Shown here piece after piece: positions 1-9,799 of a stretch of DNA of 64,000 bases (position 1 is the stretch's first letter; the number at the start of each line of letters is the position of its first letter). The position numbers and the translations under genes are program-made. The DNA is from Eledone cirrhosa (Eukaryota), in assembly GCA_964016885.1 (NCBI GenBank), contig OZ024742.1, positions 43,586,001-43,650,000 on the forward strand, in the 5' to 3' direction. Under the pieces are notes generated by a model, which was not told the DNA's origin, searched no databases, and worked only from the letters and a program-made list of their open reading frames with translations.

Positions 1-460
1 GCAAACTTCCAGCCCATCTGAGATGTCAGTAGCTCCATTTGAGTGCTGTTCCCCATATATATATATATGAATATATATAAGGAAGAGCACTTCTTTTATA
101 CATGTGTTGTTGAAGACATGATAACTTTCCAGTTTCAATTTCTTTATTAGAATCTTCTCATATTTTCTAATAAGGCTTCTATAGTTCATTTGGAACAACA
201 AAATGCCTAAGTCCATAATTTTGTCATTTGCCAAACCCTTAAAGTCTCATCACCAGAAGTATTGTTGGTTTATATTTACTGCCTTTTTTGTTATAGGCAT
301 ATCTATTTTATGATGTTATTATTAATTATAATTATGTTTGAATGGAAGAGTTTTAGATAAATTTAAACACTTTAAAATAAAGTTTTCAACCACAGAATCA
401 AGGGTGGTTTTAAGCAGTTTTTGGTATTGATAGGGTTAAATGGAACAAAAATTGTTTTAA

Positions 461-668
461 CCCTTTAACATTTAAACCGGCCGTATCCAGCCAGAATTTT
501 CTCACCTCTTTCTGTTCAAATCGGCTGTTACCAGCCACTCATACTGATGTTAAGGTATTGTTCTCAAAATAAATAATATCAAAATCTCATAGATTCGATA
601 TTATGTGAGGTAAAGCTTTTACCATGAAAATACAATAGTATATATAGAGTAATGTAAATGCTAAAGGG
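461..668. mobile_element. piggyBac-type MITE, family 1
   Basis: TTAA on both sides (457-460, 669-672); terminal inverted repeats CCCTTTAACATTT...AAATGCTAAAGGG; homologous copies at 1590, 17226, 18453, 43666. Confidence 0.8.
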
Positions 669-1446
669 TTAAAGAAAGAATTTATTTATATGAAAAAAAT
701 ATATACATGTTAAAATAAATTTGATTAAAATACTTTTGTGGAAAACCAGAATTTTTTCATAGAAACCACTACGAGAAATAAGGTTCTAGACAATATTTTG
801 GTATGTAATATATTTCTAAATCACACTTGTAGGAAAACATCTGATAATAAATGATATGTGTCCTTGTGACATAAGAAAAGATAAATCAGATGTGTCTAAT
901 TATATCTTTGATCTGTTACAATAGACAACTTCAGAATAACAGGTCAATAGTATAAATATTAACTTCCTAGATTGTTTATACTAGTTCAATCAATGTATAT
1001 GTGGTGAGGAGAAACAAGCTGTAAATTTAGTCACCTTATGTTTTTGTAAATTATCTATTATATTAAAGTGCTAACAATAGATTCTGTGTAGTGTAAATTG
1101 TTATTCATGGTGTGGAAAGGGGATGGTAAGAGTGTGTGTGTATGTGTGTGTGCAATATAGTGAGATGAAGAGAATGGTGATGCTGGCAGAAGCAGCAATA
1201 AACACCAAAATTTTTTTATTTTATTAACTTATGTCTTTCTGAAAAAGGGATGGTAAGAGTGTGTGTATGAATATGTGTGTGTGAGAAAGGAGAGAGAGGG
1301 AACTAAATGAAGAATTATTTTTTTAAAACTTCAGTCATATTATGGAAAGGAGATGGTGAGTGTGTATGTGTATGCAAGAGAGAGAAAGAGAAAGAACAAA
1401 TTTATCAAAATGTAAATTTCCCGATGGTATACCAATCCTGAAAAAA

Positions 1447-1585
1447 GGCGGCAAATTGGCAGAGTCATTACAACATCAGATAGAATGTTTTGTTCTATTC
1501 GTTTTGGCTCTCTGAACTCCCAGAGTTCAAATCCTGCTGAAGTCAACTTCACCTTTCATCCATTGAAGGTCAATAAAAAAAAGTA
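1447..1585 (+). mobile_element. tRNA-derived SINE (Nin/Deu-like central domain), interrupted by a MITE
   Basis: A box TGGCAGAGTCA, B box GAGTTCAAATCC, then ACCTTTCATCC...GGTCAATAAAA; MITE follows at 1590. Confidence 0.7.
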
Positions 1586-1589
1586 TTAA

Positions 1590-1795
1590 CTTATTAGCAT
1601 TTAAACTGGCCTTATCCGGCCAGAATTCTCACTTCTTTCTATTCAAACCAGCTGTAACTGGCCAGTCATACTGACGTTAAGGTATTGTTCTCAAATTGAA
1701 TAATATCAAAATCTCATAGATTTGATATTATGTGAGGTAAAGCCTTTACCGCAAAAATACAATAGTTAATATAGAACAATGTGAATGCTAAAGGG
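1590..1795. mobile_element. piggyBac-type MITE, family 1
   Basis: TTAA at 1586-1589 and 1796-1799; aligns along its length with 461-668. Confidence 0.8.
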
Positions 1796-2679
1796 TTAAT
1801 CAAGTAGAGGAATTGATTCTTCCTCTATATCTCTTTCTCACTTCCATTCTCTCACTCTCTATCCTCCTCCGGAGGAAATCTGCTGTATTCAAACATGGAG
1901 AGGAGATGGGTTCTGCAAGGTTTTTTAAAAAATGCCCTAGAAATGCTGTGTGTCAGTACGGCACCCCTACGATTCCACCAGGAGTTATGGGATCATACAT
2001 ACCAATACTGGGCTTCAAAAATTAAATACATTCACTGCTATAACTATAATTATTGATGACACTGATTCCCTAGTATAATACAAAGTAAATCTCCTGTATA
2101 GTTTATCTATTTGCTGTTGTTGTATAACTCAGTCATAAAGACTGCATACACTCTTCACAGTATTTGTTTTTTTTCAAGGCTGCAAGATGTGATTTGAGGG
2201 AGATTTAGATGCTATTTCTACCAGCTCGAATAACCATTGGTACATGACAAAAAACTCATACTAGACAAAAACTTCACAAAAAAAAACCCACTAAGACAAA
2301 ATCCTCACTTCTACTGTCCCACCACCTAGTAAAAGATAAAACAATATCTATTTATATGAAATGTAATTTACCTGGTAAAGAACAAACTAAAACTATACAT
2401 TCAAATACTGTATTATGTTTTACTAGGTGGGCTTCAGTTTTTGTCAGTATCCCGGTGACCACATAGAGGCTCTTTCATTGGCTTGGTTAATTGTTATGTT
2501 TGTTGTTGCTTTCCCTCAATTAGTAATTGATCTTTAAAAGGTAGCAAAATAAAGTGCCCTGATAAATGGGACTTTGATAGCAAAATGAACTGCCAAATAT
2601 TAGTACATGTACTTTACAAATGGGTGGTTTACCAGCAAGATAACAAGTAAGACAATATTAAGTTGTTCTTGTAGATAGC

Positions 2680-3150
2680 ACGAACTGAATGTATCCGGTT
2701 TAGAATAGATGTATCATATCTCTGTGTATCATAAGATATGACTAAAAGGTTGCCACCTCCAAAACATTGCTTCAAAAAAGAACCCATGATGAATATAAAG
2801 TCTATGATGGGACCTGAAAGTTAATCCTTGCTTCAGAAGCAAAAAATGGTTGTTATTGTAAATAGCATAAACAATGTGTATCTGGTTTAGAAAAGATACA
2901 CCATAAGAGGCTAGTAAAAGGGTTAGCACTAAGTAAGCATTGCCTCAAATTAGACCCCATGATGAAGGTGAAGCCTTTCATGGGCCCTGCAAGGTTAATA
3001 TCCCCATTTTAGCAGTGAAAATGGTCTTAAAATTATTGCATTATTGTTGTTGTTGTAGATAATAGAAAATATGAGTATCTGGTTTAAAACAAATACACTA
3101 TATCTCTGTATGTTATAAGGAGTAGCTCAAGTGTTGGTACCAGTAAAACA
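2680..3150. repeat. Degenerate local tandem repeat, about 190-bp unit, about 2.5 copies
   Basis: GTAT(C/T)CTGGTTTA(G/A)AA-like motif recurs near 2691, 2878 and 3076 with shared downstream blocks (CCCATGATGAA...GGTTAAT). Confidence 0.55.
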
Positions 3151-3657
3151 TTTTCTCAAAAAGTGGTTATTATATATAAGGATATAGTCTTCGGCCTGTC
3201 TGGCCATGCTTCAGTACTGACTTGGCCTATGTAGACCCGTCCGACCCTTATTAGCAGGGAAAGTGGACGTATGATGATGATGATATATATATGTAAAGCA
3301 TTTGAGCAAAAATCCGTTGATAACACGGCTTCCTTGTTCAATCATCTTACCAGAAGCCTAACATTCTTTATGTAAGCGGACAGTAATTGATTTATGGAGT
3401 CGCAGAAACCCAAATACTCGATTTTACCAACCGTCCAGGGGTCCGGGTAAATTTTCAATCACATATATTTTTATTGTTTGACCCAAATTACTTGGTCGTT
3501 TTTTTTGGCTGTGCGGATGATTAGTTTAACCACCATCTCAGTGTGTTTGGCCTTTAACGTATGTTGTAGCTCTGATTCATATGAATCATCGAGCGCTTGC
3601 CACACATCTCGGAAGTTGTTTTTCGTTAATTCCTGAGCTGAAATACGATTCTCGCTA

Positions 3658-3709
<52 letters not shown>

Positions 3710-3719
3710 AATGAATAAT

Positions 3720-3903
3720 TGTTTCTACTTTAGGCACAAGGCCAGCAATCACCCAGTGCATTACTGGTACTTTATTTTATCGACCCCGTAAGGATGAAAG
3801 GCAAAGTCAACCTCGGCGGGATTTGAACTCAGATCATAAAGGGACGTAACTATGCTGGAAAGCATGGCGTCCGACCCTCTACCGATACTCCCAATCCACC
3901 GCC
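3720..3903 (-). mobile_element. tRNA-derived SINE (Nin/Deu-like) with 16-bp target-site duplication
   Basis: Minus strand reads GGCGGTGGATTGG...GAGTTCAAATCCC...GCCTTTCATCCTTACGGGGTCGATAAAATAAAGTACCAG; ATAAAGAATGAATAAT duplicated at 3704-3719 and 3904-3919. Confidence 0.9.
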
Positions 3904-3956
3904 ATAAAGAATGAATAATAACAGGTAGACATCATAAAAAGGTAATTTATTCCGTG

Positions 3957-4068
3957 TGCTTACAAATGTTTCCACGGTGGTACTACAGCCTAGTTATGCT
4001 ATGTGCAAATTTACAAGTATTTGCAGAACTCGAATATCCAATGCTGTGACCACTGTATCCTCAGAGCA
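3957..4068 (-). ncRNA. Hammerhead ribozyme, type I (inverted copy of 5608-5719)
   Basis: Reverse complement of the 5608-5719 motif, core intact. Confidence 0.7.
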
Positions 4069-4344
4069 GAATGGTAAAATGTACAATGTAAATATCCTTA
4101 AGTGGGGTTGTTGGGGAAGATAGAGTAGAAAAGGAAGAGAGAAAAGTGGGGGAGAGGGAGAGAGAGAGAAAGATATGAAGGGGTTGGAGAAGTAGGAGAG
4201 AGTGGTTTGTAGATATCTTAATCAAAATGTTATGGTGGGGGTTTTATTATACTGGTTACTTTTGGAGAGATGCGTTGATAGTTAAGGTCGGAATTATTTA
4301 TACAAGCGCACACACACAGTACTACCAGACATACTAATAATAGA

Positions 4345-5100
4345 AAATCACCACCAAATAAATCACGTTGTAGAAAGTATATCTGGTACAATCCTATTTT
4401 TAATGCCTCGATTAGTACAAAACTATCCCTTTCATTCTTTAAGTTAATCAACAAACATTTCCCTAGTTCCCATAAATACAGCAAAATTCTGAACTCTAAA
4501 ACTATTAGACTATCATACTCCACGGCACCAAACCTTGAAGCATACATAAAAAAAACTTAATTTAAGGCAATTAAACAACTCTACAAAACAAAACATTTTA
4601 GTAACAGATGGGCAGAACGTAATATCTGCCTCCCAACCACTAAATGGGAGACGGGTATTACACAATCCACCTGTACCGCTATCACAACCTATCCATGGTA
4701 TACCCGCTACCCACAACAAAGAATGTAACTGCCATCTACCTGAAAGATGTCCATTGAAGAATGAATGCCTAAAGTCCAACATTGTTTACCAATGCACGGT
4801 TGAATCGAACGACCAGAAATGGTATTATATCGGATCTACCACCACCTCGTTTAAATCTCGCTGGTACCGTCATCGATTCTCAATCAAACATCCTAATCAC
4901 CGTTTTGTGACCACGCTCGCCAACAAGACCTGGCAACTCCGTGAACGCAACCAACAGTGCATATCGGAGTGGATTGAAGTACTGCAGGTTATGTAACCTT
5001 GAACTCTTTTTACATATTAAAATCCCAAAACAAACTACTTAACGATAGAATTGAACGATCATTATACTGCAACCACAAACTAAAAGCTAAATTCTCTCAT
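4345..5100 (+). pseudogene. PLE linker plus GIY-YIG endonuclease, frameshifted
   Basis: ORF 4754-4996 contains IVY...YIG...F.R..H; upstream CNC...CP...C motif; downstream CxLC and LNxR motifs in another frame. Confidence 0.85.
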
Positions 5101-5607
5101 TATAAAATAACTTAACATTCGAACCCGTAACTATAACATCGCTTTCTAGCCAACCACCTTCTCTTCCCCCACACTACAAGACAATACACTGCTTATCACT
5201 ATAAATGGTAACTCAGTGCAATTCGTAGATTACTACGACAAAGCCAAATTCACTCACCACATAAACTTCGTCTGTCCCCTCTCTATCTCTCTCTCTACAT
5301 CCATTACACTCTCTCTCTCTCGCCTTTGGCCTACCTCCCTCTCCACATCTATGAACCTGCCCTCTGGGGCAATAAATAATTCCGACCTTAACTATCAATG
5401 CATCTCTCCAAAAGTAACCAGTATAATAAAACCCCTACCATAACATTTTGATTAAGATATCTACAAACCACTCTCTCCTACTTCTCCAACCCCTGCATAT
5501 CTTTCTCTCTCTCTCTCCCTCTCCCCCCACTTTTCTCTCTTCCTTTTCTACTCTATCTTCCCCAACAACCCCACTTAAGGGTATTTACATTGTACATTTT
5601 ACCATTC

Positions 5608-5719
5608 TGCTCTGAGGATACAGTGGTCACAGCATTGGATATTTGAGTTCTGCAAATACTTGTAAATTTGCACATAGCATAACTAGGCTGTAGTACCACC
5701 GTGGAAACATTTGTAAGCA
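5608..5719 (+). ncRNA. Hammerhead ribozyme, type I, in the pLTR, with an elongated stem II
   Basis: TGCT-CTGAGGA-[TACAGTGGT...ACCACCGTG]-GAAAC-ATTT-GTA-AGCA: stem I TGCT/AGCA, intact core, GUA cleavage triplet. Confidence 0.75.
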
Positions 5720-5914
5720 CACGGAATAAATTACCTTTTCATGATGTCTACCTGTTATTATTCATTCTTTATATACACTCCGGAATACAGAAGGATCAGG
5801 AACTAAGTTTCTTCAACAATTCTTCCATAACTCGTAGAGTAACCTCTCACCGTACGTCAACCATATCCAGTGTAGTAATTAACCATTACTACATCTTGGA
5901 TAATCCTATACCTA

Positions 5915-5946
<32 letters not shown>

Positions 5947-5978
5947 AGATCAAAAGATGGTTAAAGGAGTTCCATGTA

Positions 5979-6045
5979 TTTTATTATGCGCATTTCAAAA
6001 ACAAACATCATCATGCAATAATATTTGTGTTTTCATCAGATAAAA
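5979..6045 (-). ncRNA. Minimal hammerhead ribozyme (inverted copy)
   Basis: Reverse complement of 6495-6561. Confidence 0.75.
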
Positions 6046-6494
6046 CAGGAGAACATGATATGAAGGCTAAAAAACACTTGTGGATAGTGCAGTTTTAAAT
6101 CAACACATGAAAAGTGGTTTTAGATTGATGTGTGATATTGGGAAAAATATTTTATTTAGAGAGGGGGTGGTGGAAAGGATGAAAAAGGGGAGGAGATGAG
6201 AGGAAGAGATGGGTGGTAGAGAGAAAGAGATAGTTTTTATAACTGAGAGAAGATATATTGTTTTACATAGAGAGGTTGAAAACCGTTGGAAGATAATGTA
6301 TAAATTAAAAGAATTTGAAAATTAACGAAGGGAAGATATGTACGAGGAAAAAATATTTTATTTAGGGAGGGGGGGGGTCTCTAAATAAAATATTTTTCCC
6401 AATATCACACATCAATCTAAAACCACTTTTCATGTGTTGATTTAAAACTGCACTATCCACAAGTGTTTTTTAGCCTTCATATCATGTTCTCCTG

Positions 6495-6561
6495 TTTTAT
6501 CTGATGAAAACACAAATATTATTGCATGATGATGTTTGTTTTTGAAATGCGCATAATAAAA
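6495..6561 (+). ncRNA. Minimal type I hammerhead ribozyme with palindromic GCGC loop 3
   Basis: TTTTAT-CTGATGA-[AAACACAAATATTATT...ATGATGATGTTTGTTTTT]-GAAAT-GCGC-ATA-ATAAAA. Confidence 0.8.
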
Positions 6562-6684
6562 TACATGGAACTCCTTTAACCATCTTTTGATCTTATATTA
6601 TGTATACTCCAGTCCTACAAACTGTAGAGTGCTTATCCGATATCTGCATTGCTTTATTGTACTACAATAAAACTCACCTCCTAC

Positions 6685-6763
<79 letters not shown>

Positions 6764-6770
<7 letters not shown>

Positions 6771-7828
6771 CTTAGCCAGAAATAAGCCACTATACCTAGC
6801 TTTCGTTGATCTAGAAAAGGCCATTGACAGAGTACCTTGATCTATTATTTTGTGATCCCTAAGGAAATTAAGTACAGAAGAATGCTTAGTGAGAGCGGTG
6901 CGAGTCATGTTCAAAGGAGCTGTCAGCAAAATGAGAGTAGGAAGTGAGTTTAGTGAGGAATTCAAGGTAAAAGTAGGAGTTCATCAGGGTTCAGTTTTTA
7001 GCCCACTATTATTCATTATAGTTTTCCAGCCTATAACAGAGGAGTTTAAGATCGGCTGCCCATGAGAAACTTCTCTATGCAGATGATCTGGTCCTTATAG
7101 CCGAATCCATAAAAGAACTAAAAAATAAGTTCCAACTATGGAAACAGAACTTAGAATCAAAAGGTCTGAGAGTAAACTTAGCCAAAACTAAAGTGCTATT
7201 GAGTAGGGGAGAAGATAAGCCCTTGATTCCTTCAGAGAAGTGGCCATGCTCGATATGTAGGAAGGGAGTAGGCATAAACTCAATGTGATGTACACAATGT
7301 AAATCTTTGGTACATAAGAGATGTAGTGGGATAACGGGTAGACTAATAGGAAGGGAAGACTTTGTATGGAGAAGATTCACTGGGGTAACCAAGAGGAAGA
7401 GAGTCAGTGATATAAACCTATTCCAGTCACAGGAAGGACCCATAGAAGTGGTTGATAGCTTCTGCTGTCTAGGCGACGTAATTAGTAATGGAGGAGGATG
7501 CTGTGAGAGCATAATAGCTAGAATAAGGATAGAATAGAAAGCGTTTAGAGAGCTACTTACACTGTTGACAACAAAAGGTTTCTCCCTACGTATAAAAGGA
7601 CAACTGTATGATGTCTGTGTACGAAGTGTGATGCTACATGGTAGCATGGAAAGAAAGGAAGCAACCATGCTCCGTTGGATATGCGATGTAAGTGTGAGTG
7701 AAAGGCAGTCTGGATGAGTTGAAGGAGAAGCTGGGTTTAAGAGGAATCCAAGGTGGTGTACAGGAGAGAAGACTGTGTTGCTACCCATGCTAGGGTAGAA
7801 AATGGACGTTAAACGATGATGATGATGA
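6764..7828 (+). mobile_element. Degenerate RTE LINE (family C), RT to 3' tail
   Basis: [52 protein letters not shown]...VHKRCSG; stops and deletions; (GAT)n tail. Confidence 0.9.
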
Positions 7829-8588
7829 ATTCAGAAAGACAAGATATTATAAACATAGTAGATAACTCTCAATTTAAAATATTTTACAAGTAACATTATT
7901 TACCAGGATGATTGTTAGTTTAGAGTTATAAATTATTTTAATGGCTAAATTGAGAGTTTTTTAAATATTTTTCTATCCTTTAATTAATTCTAGTGATATT
8001 TTAAATTTGACTTCTTCGAAATTATCCAGTTTTTGTAGAATGTAGGCTAACATTTGTGTATAATATTGTTTATATATAGGATTACAATATGTCCTGGTTT
8101 GAAATAGTGCTGGTTACGGCTTGAAAATTATCGTTTGCTTAACTATGCTTGAATAAAAGACAGGATTGTCATGATTGATAAACCTTCCATCACAGTTATG
8201 CTGGATCAGGGATGACATCGGCTAAACAACCGAATCAGATCATTTATTTGACTTTTCTTAATTAATAAACATGTTGTTTCACCTTTTGTAAGATAAACGG
8301 GGGAAAAAAATCATTTCATCTTTATCAAGGCTGTGCTCCAAAATGGCCACCTCCTAATGACTGAAATCTCTGTAAATGAATCTAATTTTTACTTCTTATC
8401 AAACATGGTATTTTTTAAATTCTTTTGCTGATTTCAGTCATGGAACATAAGTGATGCTGGTGCACCATCTTCAGGGGATTTTCTTTTGATTTCCATAATG
8501 AAACTATTTATTCTCTCAATTATGTCTGATATTATTTATGATTCAGGATTATCAACTCAGGGAGTTGTGCTGAGAGAGTGATGGGTGA

Positions 8589-8712
8589 GTGATGAACAGA
8601 CACAGTGAGAGAAAGAGAGTGTGTGTGTGGGTGAGTGAGTGAGTGATGAACAGACACAGTGAGAGAGAGGGTTAATGAGTGTTGAACAGACACGGCGAGA
8701 GAGATAGACAGA
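8589..8712. repeat. Short tandem repeat GAGTGATGAACAGACACAGTGAGAGA, 3 copies
   Basis: Units visible near 8588, 8641 and 8677. Confidence 0.6.
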
Positions 8713-9799
8713 CGTGAGTTGGTTTTCGTATGGAGGTTTTTAAAATAAGGGTTGCTAGTTTAATCGCTGACAACCCGACCATGCGATAGTTTGTACTGTC
8801 ACATGTTACCAGTAGCGTTCAAGAGCGACCTGCCACTTTGCAACGCACTGAAACACCAACGCTGAAGTAACTAAACCATTCTTACAAAACGCAGGATGTG
8901 TTAACTCATTTATAAGCAAGGAAAAAAAAAAAAAAAAAAGAAACACCGATAAAATAATTAAAAAAATATCGCCTTGTTTCTTCTAAATTTTATCAGTGGA
9001 GATTCTCAACAAGTATTTGTTAACGTAATGAGTTGGTTATCGAAGCACCAGGTTCATGCGGTGATTTGGTAATGACGGAAAATTTTAACCTATAAATATA
9101 ATTCAGACAAAGGAATAGGTTCGTAAAGATTGAAAGAATTTCTCAACAGTTCATCATAAAAATTATCTCGACTCGTATTTAAATATGGAACCACAGAAGT
9201 ATCACAATTATAGTCCTGAAAGTTTTCCAACAGCACCGCTTATTCTACACATCGGCCAACAACTTGTACACAACCAAAATCCTTGCTAAGTTTCTAAATG
9301 CTACCTTCTCTGGTTTTGTGTGCTGGTGACCAGACAACGCAATAAATACAGTAACTTCCAAACAGCACGGTAACAAAGAAAAAAAAAACATACACAAGAA
9401 GAAAACGAATATAATTTTGTTTACGATCTATTAACCGCACTATCAATTAATTAACACTTTTTGTTTTTGTTTTCTCATTGTTTTCGTAAAAAAGAAACAT
9501 TTTTCTCCCACGTATTTGCTACATCTCAAAATTCTTTTTTCAATTTCAACTTCCTCTCTTCAATGTTTTAATATCTCACTGTTCTATTGAATTTACTGTT
9601 TTACACATTCACCTCAAAATCTTACACACATTTCTCCACAAACAGAATTCATTTCTCTGTTTTAACTCTCTCCCAACCTCCTATTCCCGTGTAGTGCACA
9701 CATCGCTCTTACATGCCCATCCGATGGTAGATTTAACACTGGTGGTCGGTTTAAAAAAAATGTCACCATTTAGATCTAAATCTAAACTATTTAAAGGTC

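Larger units (their letters stand above)
3904..5915 (+). mobile_element. 5'-truncated Penelope-like element (Naiad-like GIY-YIG end) with inverted pseudo-LTRs
   Basis: About 400-bp inverted repeat (3904-4301 vs 5373-5772). Interior translates RKYIWYNPIF...KHFPSSHKYSKIL...LSYS, CNCHLPERCPLKNECLKSNIVYQC...YYIGSTTTSFKSRWYRH and CRLCNLE...LNDRIE...CNH, with frameshifts. Flanked by (TA)n. Confidence 0.88.
5941..6687 (+). mobile_element. Non-autonomous Penelope-type foldback (inverted pLTR plus pLTR)
   Basis: About 220-bp apparently perfect inverted repeat (5941-6161 vs 6378-6599) containing a hammerhead; purine-rich spacer; (TA)n on both flanks; no ORF. Confidence 0.8.

Noticed and set aside
4720-4775. 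Selenocysteine-encoding Naiad
   Set aside because: The conserved cysteines are TGT/TGC and no SECIS was recognisable by eye
8710-8943. Promoter or retrocopy (CpG-rich stretch ending in poly-A)
   Set aside because: No ORF, target-site duplication or recognisable motif to support a call
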